Positions 11,799 through 23,748 of a stretch of 64,000 nt of DNA are shown piece after piece. The translations under genes and the position numbers were made by a program. Position 1 is the first letter of the stretch. Each line of letters opens with the position of its first letter. The stretch is from Ramazzottius varieornatus (Eukaryota; Animalia; Tardigrada). The notes beneath the pieces were generated by a model. That model was not told where the DNA came from. It ran no database searches and saw only the letters and a list, made by a program, of their open reading frames with translations. The DNA is taken from NCBI GenBank assembly GCA_001949185.1, contig BDGG01000012.1, forward strand, positions 1,604,973-1,668,972. The letters are read 5' to 3'.

Positions 11799-14700
11799 CT
11801 AGTGCTCTCCCGGTCTAGCTAACCCAGGTCCGCCAGCCTTCCCGATCACCTTCGGCAGTTTTTTCGTCGAGCTATCGTCTAGTTCCTTCTGTTTGTAGTA
11901 ATGCGGCGCCACTTCCAGTAACCATCCGGGTTCGATGTCGATGGTCTGCCTCATGAACTCTTTCGTCGTCAACACCAACTCGTGATACAGGACCCATCGT
12001 GGATTGTGTTCGAAGAGACACGAGTTCGGGTGGATGAGTACTGTCTGTTGATGCTTCACCGTTTTGTACTGCCCGCCTAGGAAGAAGGATACAATTACAC
12101 GAAAATATTACTAAAAATTTTACTTTTTGGATATTCGTGCTACCTTTTGACAGTCTCGCTGCATGGTAAAAGTATCCAGCCGTGATGGCTTTCCGTACAG
12201 GCACCGTGTCACCCGCTGACGACACAATGGGAATCTCAACCCTATCCATCAGCTGTTCCAGCTGTTCCCTGACATCTCTCGCTCGTTTCATACTTCGATG
12301 TTGGATAAAGTTCTCAAAGCACCACTGGATACTATACCCAGTTTCCATCCACTGGTTGTACACGTTCAGCAGCGTGAAGTGATCGCCGGCCATGTTGAAG
12401 AAGCCTTGTCGCGCAGTGTCAGCATGGACGATCTTATCCTTCGGTCGGTAGAAGATGGCGTTGTTGGCAGAAAGCATACAAGCGATGGTAAGGGCTTCTT
12501 CAGAACACTTGTACTTCTCGCTGGCTAGAAGCATCTTGGACAGCATGGGGTCAGCAGGGAACTCAGCCATTCTTCGGCCCAGCTTGGTCAGTTCGCCCAG
12601 GTGGTTGAGTGCTCCCAGGGCGTAGAGCTGTTCCAGTGCCAGAACCAGCGTTTCGTGTGGTGGAGGATCCATGAAGTCGAAGTGAACCAAGTCGTTGATA
12701 CCGAGGGACTTGAGCAGCAGGACAACGTTGCCCAGGTTGGTCCGTTGGATTTCCGGAACTGGATTGTCTTCGAGCTCGTGCTTGTAGGCCCAGGCGGTGT
12801 AGAGTCGGAAACACTTCCCTGTAAGAAAAGTTATCCGGATTTTACAAGTCTGCTAATTTCTACTTCTATAAGAACTTGTAGACATTTTCGACATTATTTT
12901 GTTTCTTCCATTAATTTTTGTGATATTTTTCAAAATAGTTTTTTCCTATGATTTTTTTTACACATGATGGCATAAAACAAGAACTCGCCTGGTGAGACGC
13001 GCCCAGCTCGACCAGCACGTTGGTTCGCCGAAGCTTTGGATATCGGAGTAACCACCAAGCTTTCCATTCCCGTTCTCGCGTTGTAGCTCTTCTGCTTGTT
13101 AAAGCCAGGGTCTATCACATAGACAATCCCATCAATCGTCAATGATGTCTCGGCGATATTCGTGGCGAGAACCACCTTCCTAGCATTAGGCGGAGTCGGC
13201 TCGAAGATCTTGGCTTGTAGCTCTGCCGGAAGGTTCGAGTAGATCGGTAGAATGATCAACTCCTTTATCTTCGACCCCAAAAGCCTTGTCCTTTCCAGCA
13301 ATAGTTCGCTACACGACTCGATCTCTTCTTGTCCCGTTAGAAAGACTAGAATATCCCCCCTTGGCTGTGTGGCATGAATCTGTAAGACCGACACTACACA
13401 AGCGTCAATGTAATCGGCTTCTGGCGCTTTCGTGTAATAAATGTCAACAGGGAACCTTCGACCTGGGATGCGAAAGATCGGTGCGTCATCAAAGAACGTG
13501 GAGAACTTCTCAGCATCTAAAGTCGCTGAGGAAATTAGCAGCTTCAGTTCAGGTCGGAACCGCGCTATATCTTTGACTAACCCAAAGAGAATGTCGGTGT
13601 GGAGTGTTCGCTCGTGTGCTTCGTCAATGATGATGACACTGTATGACTGCATGTCGGGTTCCCCCAAGAACTCACGGAGTAACATGCCGTCGGTCAGGTA
13701 CTTCAAGACTGTTCGCTCACTGGTACAGTCTTCAAAACGGATGGAGTACCCTATTTCGTTACCCAGCTTCGTGCCGGTTTCTTCTGCTACACGAGCAGCT
13801 ACGGACATGGCGGCGACTCGACGAGGCTGTGTACAGGCAATCTTCTTCCCTTCCGCTGTGAAACCATCTTCATAAAGGTACTGAGGAATCTGTGTGGTTT
13901 TACCCGACCCAGTTTCCCCTTCGATGATCAGCACCTACACAAAAAAGTAAAAAATCAAATGGAGTTTGGGCAAAGTTCCTCAGATGTCTGGGGTCACGGC
14001 GTAGAGGCATAGTCGAGGAAATTTAGGCAGGGGGCAGGGTAGCCCAAGGGTAGGGGTCGGGGCTTGCCATGTGGAGGCCGAGAATTTTCAAGATAAACCC
14101 AAAACCTTCCCTTGCCCTTCTCAAATTTCATCAGCTGTGCCTCCACGCTATGACACCAGACTTTTGAGGAACCTTGCCCACAGCTCAAATACAAACAGAA
14201 TTCGCGGGGAGGCACCCATGTTAGAAAAAATCCCATGTTAGACCACCTGAAGTGGTTTGACATGGGATAACATGGGGTATCAAGTCGCATGCAAGGTTGT
14301 ATTACTAAGCTCTGCGAGCATTACGTAATAGCCTCACACTGTATCGGCGGCAACAACGCAAAAGGCCAAGTTAAACTTTGGCCACCCAAGTTTCACACTG
14401 CCAATGATGATTGCCGTCCTTACCTGATGATCCTTGATGGCCTGTAGTAGGCTTTCTCTAAACGGAAAGATCGGCAGGCTTTTCCTCGTCTCGTCAATCG
14501 TCATTCGTTTCCGTTCTGCTTCTGTTAGATCGTTCACTGGCTGCTTGTCTGATCCAGCCATGGTTAGAGCTTGTACGAACTCGATGGTATCTTCTTCAAG
14601 AAGGAAGTCGTATTCAGGTTGGCTTCTCTTAGCGTCACGAGCACCGAACTTCATCTGGCCTTTCCTTTGTCGTTCTTCCTCCCATTTCTTCTGCTCGGCG

Positions 14701-15886
14701 TTTTGACCTTGTTCCCTCACGTCCGTCTCCACGTACCTGCAAAGGAACATGTAATTACTCTAGTGTAAAAATAAGGTCGGCACACAATACATAGTATTAT
14801 CATGAGCCTTCATACTTCCGCCATGCAATAAATACAAGGCCTGTTGTATGCCGGATCATGAACAATTAGACTACATTCCGTTCATCGAACATCAAGTGGA
14901 ACATTCTCGGCGTATTCTAATCTGTCATGTTCCAAAAGATTGCAGCACGAACCGACATATCATCAAACGTACCTGTCGTTTTCCACGTCTCTCTTCTTGG
15001 CGTCAGGAATATGGTATCTTTGCTGCTTCTCGATTTCCCTCGCTTGTTCATGTTGCTTACTCAGTTCGAATATTCTCCTCTTATATTCGTAATCTTTCTT
15101 CTCAGCAGCAGTTAACCGTTCTCCCTCGAACAGATATTCTTCGTCGGCAATATCAGCTTCGAGTTCAGCCACTTTGTCTGCTTGACGCTTTGGAAGATAC
15201 TCTCGACGAGACTTTAGCCTCTCCGCCGCGATGATTCGTTTCCGGTCTTCCTTCTCCAACTGAAGCCTCCGAGCAGCTTCTTCCATGGCTTTCCCGCCCG
15301 ACCTCTCCGCAATGTTTCTCGTCTTGCCCTTATCTTTCTCCTTCATACGACTGGCAAAAGCATCACGTTCTTTCAAGTCATCCATGCGCTCACGTTCTTC
15401 TCGGTCCATTTCATCCTCACTGGGCGAAGCGCTCTTCGCTCTCTTGTCAGCCTTGTTAGGTATGAGAGTAGGCTCATCATCGTCTTCTGTCCTTCCTCTT
15501 TTTCGCACCTGACGGGACCTGGGTAGGTTACTCTTGTCTTGATTTTCTTGCTTGATGCTCGGTTTGACGTCTTCGTCGTCGGACAAGACTGGTCGATATA
15601 CTTGGTTCTTCTTCTGTAAAGCAGCCTCTGACTGGGAGTGATGTAGGGCAGCTGGAGCTGGTCGAGGCTGAGGGGTAGCGCGAGGGAACCTGGACCATAA
15701 TTCCTGGCAGAACCGTTCGACCTTGTCGTCCAAGTCGACCGTGCCAGTGCGTCGCAGTTCATCGATAAGCCTGTCTGGCGTAGAGCTTCTCTGGCCCAGG
15801 CTGATGAAATAATCCGCGAGAGTACGATCACTGATGCCCAGGATGTCGTGTAGCTTGTCGTTCACCCATCTCCGAGTCACATCCAT
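11799..15886 (-). CDS. DHX16: DEAH-box pre-mRNA splicing helicase DHX16/Prp2
   Basis: [33 protein letters not shown] motifs. N-terminal [11 protein letters not shown] and [22 protein letters not shown] are typical of DHX16. Confidence 0.95.
13962..14279. repeat. Fold-back inverted repeats in a DHX16 intron
   Basis: 13962-14039 pairs imperfectly with 14109-14186 (~80-bp arms). A second hairpin ATCCCATGTTAGACCAC / GTGGTTTGACATGGGAT lies within 14215-14279. Confidence 0.8.
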
Positions 15887-16394
15887 CTCTCAAGAAAGAA
15901 GACAATACGTACTGGGATGGCAAAATATGGTACAGACGACGAAGAATTCCGGGCTCAGAAAGAAGCAGCAACTAGCAAGTCCACCTACCTAACTGTTGGA
16001 GTTAATCCGTTAGGTGCCCGACTGTCCAGATGCTTGACTAAGCACCGTCCACGGTTATCCCGCCGTTCGATATCCTCAGTGAAGATCCGATCGATCATCG
16101 ATGGAAGGGACGATCTTAGAGTCCGAAGGGTGAAGGAAAACTGGACCTGATCTGGAATTAAGTAAGAAAACCCAAATACTTTTCTTTCGCACCTAGGTCC
16201 TGGGGCAACCTGGACCTATCCCTGGGCGCACATTTGACCCGGAGTTTGTGAATTGTGATGTCGCGAGAGTCAAGCAGAGCTCGCTAACTGATCTTTCATA
16301 CCCATATCAATTTGGTCCTTCGAGGTTCCGTCAAACCGAGGAGTAGCCTTTCGGATTTCCAAGAACAACTCCTCCTGGCTTGCAGACAGAGCTA

Positions 16395-18362
16395 CGGTGT
16401 ACGCCAATATGGTCACCCGAAACTGGGCGGAGTTTTTGGGCGTTAACCACAACGCCGACAACCAATGAACAACAGCCAACTGCTGGATTTATTTATTTTA
16501 CAATGAGCAGAACACTAACAGTAAAACAGAAACGTATACCATAAAACAGGAAATCTCATGAGGTAAAACACGAAAGACAACCGAAAACGAAATTATGAGT
16601 TCAGTAAGGGATGCGAGCACCGGATTTGTTGATACACTCAGTCATTCTGCTGTACATCGAGCTCACCAGGTTGCTGCAGTACTCGGGAGTAACAATTACC
16701 TTCCATGCTTCCTGAATTAGAGTGTCAAGCTCCTCAAGATCTTTCAGTCTTCGATCGCAGATATACATATTCATTTCTCCCCAGACATTCTCGATGATAT
16801 TGAGGTCTGGCGATCTAGACGGCCATGTCAACACCTAAAAGAAGTACGAAAAATTTGTGTACTTATGTTTATCCAGAAACAAGATATATTGTGTACCATG
16901 GGCGTATCAGATAAAAGGACTATTGGTTTACGAGAAACAAACGTTGAATGTGTCCGCTTATCCGCCTTCGCGCCTAGCACCCTTCCGCAACGTTTTCGCT
17001 CGATTCAACAACCGATGGGTCTGTTCTAGTAAATTTAAAAATTGAAAACAGAAGTATCAAAATACTGTTTAATAAAAAGCGTACTTACTTCTATTCCTTC
17101 TCGCCAGAAAAATTGACCCATCCGTCTAGAGGTGTGCACTGGACACTTGTCTTGCTGGATCACCAAATCCCGACCATGCTTCTCAAGATACGGAAGTAGT
17201 CGCTCGAACAAAACTTCTTCGTAAGCGCCCGAATCTATTCGACCGTCAACTCGAATTAACGCTACAGGTCCACATGCGTTGATGGCACCCCACAACATTA
17301 TCCCGCCTTTAATGCGCGTAGCTAAGGCGACTTGCAAGTCTTTATCGTGACGGTTTTCCTTTTTCAAGTAGCAGCACTACAACGATAAGTGATAAGTATA
17401 TCGAATTTATCAAATTCATTAAATGCGTTAACGGGTTAAATTTAACAGGCACCTTGCGTTTTCGACGAAAGCCTTAAACAATTAACCAAGCAATTGAAAA
17501 ATGGTTCCGAATGGCAAACTTGCTTCTCGAAGATCTTAATATTTCGAGAGCAGAGATTCATGAATTTAGAAGGTTAAACGAACTGATTTTCAGAAGGTTA
17601 CGATTATTTATCTCGATCTTACCACCGTGCAAGTTGAAACGAACTTCGTCACTAAATACCATATCATGGAACAGGGTGGGGTTTTCCAGGAGTTGTTCAC
17701 GCTGGAACAGGCACCAGAACATCCGGTTGTCTTTGTGCTCCTGGGCTAACTCGTCGAGAACAGCTTTGGATTGACGAGTCTTAAACTCACGAAGCCGATT
17801 CAGCAACGTCCGGCGGGCGAATCCAGCTTCGACGGCGATCTTGGCCGCACTCAGCTCCCGCTTTGCCTGAACGAGCCCAAGCATTTCGGCGTCCTGCTCC
17901 CCGCTCGTGATACGAGGTCGTCCCTTTGGTTTCACCACTTTCCGCTTCTTGGTTTCGGGATCATAATTCTCGATGACGTTCCTCACCCACTTGTGGTCTT
18001 TTCCCATCACACGCCCAACAGCACTCAGATTCTTGTTTTTCTCTGAATACAACTTAAAAACAACGCTGACAAGGGTTGGGTCCACTGGTATACCACGAAC
18101 CATCTTGAATTCACGAGAAGATATCAGAATTTGCGACCGAAAGGATCTGGAGCTGAAAGGATCGCTCGGTAATACAGCTCAGTATATCGCACTACCGGCT
18201 GTTGCGCAGCAGGTTCATTAGCAATCAGCTGTGCCTATCTACGTTTAATCAACCATGTCTAATCAACCAGATCGCTTTTCCTGGTTTTTAACTGGTCGTC
18301 TGCGGCTTGGTTGACGCCCAAAAACTCCGCCCAGTTTCGGGTGACCATATTGGCGTACATTG
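16395..18362 (-). mobile_element. Tc1-family DNA transposon (~1.97 kb), apparently full length
   Basis: ~54-bp near-perfect TIRs (C..TGTACGCCAATATGGTCACCCGAAACTGGGCGGAGTTTTTGGGCGT), TA flanks at 16393-94 and 18363-64, internal transposase. Confidence 0.95.
16601..18103 (-). CDS. Tc1-like DD34E transposase, 4 exons (18103-17623, 17472-17453, 17376-17089, 16834-16601), 340 aa
   Basis: HTH plus GRPR, VFSDE, MLWGAI, QQDKCPVH, WPSRSPDLNIIENVW. 34 residues separate the second D and the E. GT-AG introns give one open frame. Confidence 0.88.
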
Positions 18363-18596
18363 TAACAATGCAGTACCCGTGCTCATACCGTGAAACTTAT
18401 GAAAACAAGCTTTTCTGAATCTTTCTGAGTAAATTTTATCGTTTGCGGTCCATGTAACAGTAACATGGGCTACGTCAACAACGAAAACAAATGCACGTGT
18501 AAGTTGGCAGCGAGAATTCCCGTGCAACGCCAGAAGTCAAAAAAGCTGCCCTACCGTCGCGATTCCGGGTTCTCTACAGTAAATTAATGTCGAGCT

Positions 18597-19649
18597 TTAA
18601 GACCGATGAACGGCAAAATAAATACAGATTCCAATGATGAATACAATAAATGCTATCAGGCAGATCACCAATACGCGGTTCTGAACAACACGGCGGATCA
18701 TCACTGTCAAGATGCGAGAACTTCGTCCGAGGTCTTGCTCCATCTCATGTATTCTGCCGCGAGTTCTGTTCAAGGTCTCCCTTTGGGACGCCAGATTCCC
18801 CAGGACACTCGCGCCTATCTGCTCAGTTTCCAGCGCAGCTCTGTAACCCTGTTCAAGCCTGTAAGTTGTCCGATCAACCCGCTCGGTATTCTCCAACAGA
18901 ATCTGCCGCTGATCATCGAATGCACCGGAAGTGTCTTCCATGGAAAGAAGGGCGTCTCGATTTAGTTCCTCGATGTGAGCCTGCTTTGCGCTTTTCTGAA
19001 AAATCGAAAGTCAAGACAGGTGGAGCTTTACGACGCAGAAATCAGGTGGGCAGTATCGTCAACAAATTCAGTCTGACGCCGGGTCCCCAGTTACGGGGAC
19101 CGCGACAGACTGTGAATGTTCGTGTGCACCGTTACCGTACCGTACCTACCAGGTCTCGTTGCAGAGTCTGCACTTGGTTCTGATAGCTCTGAAGCCTCGT
19201 ATGATATTTGGTCTTTTCGTCAGCAGGCAAGGACCTGATCTCCAAGTCCATTTGCTCGAACTGAACAGTTAACAAGATGAATTACACAATGGTCAATACC
19301 GTTAATGCACACAGTCACGATGCAGAAGGGTGACAGAGAAGAGTTTCGCTGGTAATGCAGACAGAATGATCACTTACGAGCTCTTTGCATTCTTCAAAGC
19401 ATCGATCTAAATCGCGGAGCGTGCTTTTCGCTGTATCTGTGTAGAGAGACACACCAGTCAAACAGGAGAAGACAACATAAATATGAGAACTGTAGCCAGT
19501 ACCAGCCAAAGCTTGTGGGATGAAAGATATAATACAATGCGATTATGCGACAAACCAGGTTTCTGCAGTCGAAGTTCACCCAGCTTCTGGGTTATGTCGC
19601 CTGTGATCGATGCATACTGCTGTTCAAAGTCCAGGAGTAGCGATCCCAT
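18597..19649 (-). CDS. VTI1A: Vti1-family Qb-SNARE (VTI1A-like)
   Basis: DFEQQYASIT Habc start, EQMDLEIRSLP, DQRQILLENTERV..ALETEQIGASVLGNLASQRETL SNARE motif, C-terminal TM helix. Confidence 0.9.
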
Positions 19650-20659
19650 GTTACTTCAGCAAAGATGTCTCACAAATCCACGTCGACGAGGTGGAGGCAA
19701 TTAAGTTTCGTGCGTGATAGTTCGTTGCTGAAACTTAACAACTCCGATACGGATTTTTACAATGCTCTGCAAATGAAAGTTATAAATCAGGTAGTGTGCA
19801 GGGGTACGGCAAAACACCTTCGAGTGCTAATTACCGTTGTTCTAGGATCATATGGAGCACATCCGATCGATTCTTTTCACGTCGTCCACAGTCAGTCCAT
19901 CAGACGAATTTCCGCTCCGCTGAGCACTAGAGCAGCATTCTTATCACGTGTCGAGGCACCGGAACGGAACGGTAGGGAATCCTGGATCAAGACTTCCAGA
20001 ATCCAGATGTTGGAAACGAGCTCGGCTCCTGGAAGGAAAAACCTTAATTAAGCTTGGAAAGAAAGAATTTTGCCACATCGATATTTCTGTTACAGAACTT
20101 CTGTAAACAATGGAACCACTGATGTCATACTTCATGATGTCTTATTGTCATGTCATAGGGCGGCGGTTTCGGCTCCAGCAGTCCAGCCTCCGGCGCAAAG
20201 CAGCCGACTCGAGCCTGATTCCCACTCACAGCCTCGCTTGATTTTTTGAAATTTCAGCTTCAACGGAAATTGCGCCGTTTCCGCTTTTCAGGAGAAGCGT
20301 TTATCGTTCTGGAATTCTGGAGTTTGGAAATTCCAGACTCTGGACGTAAATCATACGATTGCTCCGTTGTGATCTTCTTCTTGGAAATATTCCTGCCTCG
20401 AACAACCAGAAAAGCCTTCCATGAATCTACCTTCGTTCGCCGAGAAGGCTCAAAACCGTCTTGCGGATACTGGTTAAGGAAACGTTTGTCGACAATGGTA
20501 AGAGAACGTTACTCTATACCACAATTATATTGCGTTCACAAGATCTCTCTATGAACGTATCGTTCCTTCGTTCATCTAGCTACGGCCTTGAACGAGGAAA
20601 GATCTTCCCTCGTCAATACTACATTGCTCGGAGTGGACTCGATATCAGATTAAGTCACC

Positions 20660-23497
20660 ATGTTTCCTCAAAGGATGGCTACCTTCCCAGGCAATTCTGG
20701 ACTGTTTGATCCTTTTTCATACCTCCAAAACCTCCCTTATGGTGAGACCCGACTAACGTTTTTACTCCGCGTACAAGTTTGTAAATGCTGTTTATAACTT
20801 TGAATAAGTCTGAACGCCGGTTTGTGTTTCTTCAGATTGCTCTGTTGTGCGAGGAGAATATATACCTCGAAGACCACCCGTCGACTTCCGCAGATTCTAC
20901 GAGGACTCAGTTTCCTTCGCTGAAGACTGCTTTGTTGTTAGAACACATGATAATGCCGTACGTCTTTAGATGAACTACTCCCCTTGCTATGTCATCATCG
21001 AAGCAGGATGCATTTAACGGTGTTTTTTCAGACAACGATTCCCCCTCTCTCGGCGACTTACTCTACTCGTAAGTTATGACTACCGTTCACCAAAAATTAG
21101 TTTCGTCATACTTGGATTACGTACGGCCTTGTTTTTGTATTTGTAGGCTCTGATAATCCGTATTCGCTCTTTGTCGCTGACGAAGAAGGCTGGATTCATC
21201 TTCGCAATACCCTGTTGGACTCTCCATATCGTGGCCACCGACAGAGTACACAGAGCACTAATTCTCGAGAACCTGGGTTTGCGTTCTGGTAGTACGACTC
21301 CATCTGACCGTCTTTCTTATCTTCAGGTTGGCACGTCAATAACAATGCGATTTTCTCACTGACGGCTGTGCCAAACGATCCTCAGAATCGACTATTGACA
21401 TGCTCAGGTGACAGAAACCTGGCCCTATTCGATCCGGAAACTACTGCCCCACCCCTAGTTGTAGCGGAAGGAGAAGATGCGGACGGACCCGTCCCAGTAC
21501 CCCCGTTGCACCTCTGTGAAAGATTCGAAGGACATTTCGGATCCGTTAAGTGTTCCGACTTCCAGCCTGACAACTCCAGTACGCTCATCCGACTGAAAAC
21601 TTCACCATTGTATAGTACAGTTCTTTTCTTAACCGCTGTGGCTTTACAGACGTGTTCGTTAGCGGTGCTCGTGATGGTCATATTATGCTCTGGGATGTCC
21701 GATCGAACGCCAAAGGTACGGTTTTCTTCCTGTGTGCCTCCCTGATGTTCTGTCGTATAGCAATCCTCACTGCTGGTTCTCGGTGTAGGAGGAAGCCATG
21801 CCCCGGTCGGGTACATCGTGAATGCGCATCGTTTGCCGTTGGTAGAGAGGGTCCGGATGACGAAAGCTGCCAAAGAAAGTAGGGCACGCTCCTACAAACA
21901 CGCTCCGACCAACTCCCAGCCCTACCGATCGATCGACATGGACAAGTTTTGCACGAAGTACGGCTGCAAGCCCAAGAAGAACGAACATCAGGAAATCTTG
22001 GCCGTCGTCTTCCGCGATCAGTATACGTTTCTGTCTACCGGAACTGCCGACTGGTGCGTATTCAAACTGTTTGTTGTTTGTTATTCACCGAAGGATCTGT
22101 AATTGGTATCGATCTGTGATTGCTTTTCTGTTTCTTTCAGCACAATAAAGATGTGGGATCTGAGAAAGATAACGGAGAAGGCGGATGCCTTGCATACAAT
22201 CAGCTTGGCGAAGTCTCACGCGAAGCAGCCGGGTGAAACCTTACAGCCGTTCACTTCGCTATGCCTGGACGTGACGAAGACACACCTCTTTGCCAGCAAC
22301 TTCGACAAGACCATCTACCGATTCGACGTCGGTCCGCGAGTGAGCTCGAAGCCCACCGCGCAGTATCATGGAGCCAACGTTTCGAGCTTCTATGTTAAGT
22401 GCTCGCTGAGTCCTGACGGGGAAACACTAGCGTGCGGCTCGAACGACGACACAGCTTACCTGTTCTCGGTATGGCTCCAACCCCAAAAACTTAAATTAAC
22501 TTCAAATTTGTTCATCAAGAAAACATTGTGTAAATCAGTGGGGAAAATCGAAGTGAATTCGAAAATGGGGCGTCGGAGAAGCAGTTTACCTAGACTGTTT
22601 TCCCCAAGCGGCGCACGCTCCTAGCCACTAACAATGTAGATATGCGTTATTTGAGACAATGCGATCTGGATGAAATTGTTTGTCGACGTCCCAAATCAGG
22701 AATTTTTGTATTTTCTTGTAACTTGGATTTTATCTGTAGGTGCGGAAGCCTTACCAGGCGCCCGTAAAGTTGGTGGGTCACGAGAAGGAAGTGATGTCGA
22801 TCACTTTCAATCAGTACGATCCTTACCAGTTCGCCTCTGTGGGTGATGACGATAAAGTGCTGATATGGCACGGCGAACCTTTCCTTGATCGCTCGAACCC
22901 TCCGGATATCATCGGCAGAACGAAAATTGACGAAAGAAGTAAGACCTCCGTATTAACTATCAAGTACCTTTTGTCTAGAAGGACAGGAAGTTATGGTAAC
23001 ATTGGACTATTCGTTCACAGGTCTGGAAGAACGGAAACCCAAGAGAAGGTCGCGTGAATTCAAGCTGCAGACAGCGGACCCGAACTCACCGACCGTGGCT
23101 ACCTGGGTCCGCCAGGCCTCAAAACGAAGGGCAGACTCTGAGAACGAGCGTTCACCGTCGCCGAAGAGGCCTCCGACTGCATTCGTGTTAAAGACACCGA
23201 ACAGACCGACCTTGACACCATCTCAACGAGTAAGAACTCGTTGATGTTACCACAGAACTGAAATGGAACGTCGGCAAATGACTTGAGCAGGACCGTTTTA
23301 CCAAGTGGCGCACTTCCACAGCCAATATCAACGAGAACGCGTGCCACTTGAAATACAGCCCGTGTTCAATTTGTTTGCCAATGTCGCAAATACACACGCT
23401 CACGTTGTGTTTTTTCCAGAAAAAGAGGTATGTCAACTTGACTCTGTCGCCTTTCTTCAAACACCGACAACCTCCTGCCACCAATGTCGATGGCTAG
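20660..23497 (+). CDS. DTL: Denticleless/Cdt2 WD40 CRL4 substrate receptor
   Basis: FVADEEGWI, NAIFSL, GHFGSVK, FVSGARDGHIMLWDVR, IKMWDLRK, SFYVKCSLSPDG..LACGS. Last exon 23420-23497 encodes a PIP-box-like NLTLSPFF. Start codon inferred. Confidence 0.85.
22566..22693. repeat. Palindromic intronic repeat family P, copy 1 (DTL intron)
   Basis: Arms TGGGGCGTCGG..CAAGCGGCGCAC and ATGCGTTATTTGAG..GTCGACGTCCCA. Shares the CAAGTGGCGCAC-like core with the other copies. Confidence 0.7.
23269..23383. repeat. Palindromic intronic repeat family P, copy 2 (last DTL intron)
   Basis: GGCAAATGACTTGAGCA..CAAGTGGCGCAC loop GCGTGCCACTTG..TGTTCAATTTGTTTGCC. Confidence 0.8.
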
Positions 23498-23748
23498 TTG
23501 CGGTGAGCATGATCGAGAACTTACCACCTTGTTCCTTTTCTGGAAGTACTACGTTGAGTTTGATTGGATTCGACGGCCTCCTGATGAATCTGTTCTTTCG
23601 CTCAGCTGTATTGTTACAAACTGTATTTTGGCTTGTTTTTATACTAAGATTCTTCGCGGGAGAGACGAGCTGAGCTTGCCGCTTTTACTTTAACACTGTA
23701 ATGAACCAAATTGAAACTAACGTCAAGGACTGAGAGTACCGATAGCGG

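Noticed and set aside
14738-14970. Candidate intronic snoRNA in DHX16
   Set aside because: A TTGATGA box-C-like motif has no matching terminal CTGA, and the H/ACA layout is unconvincing.
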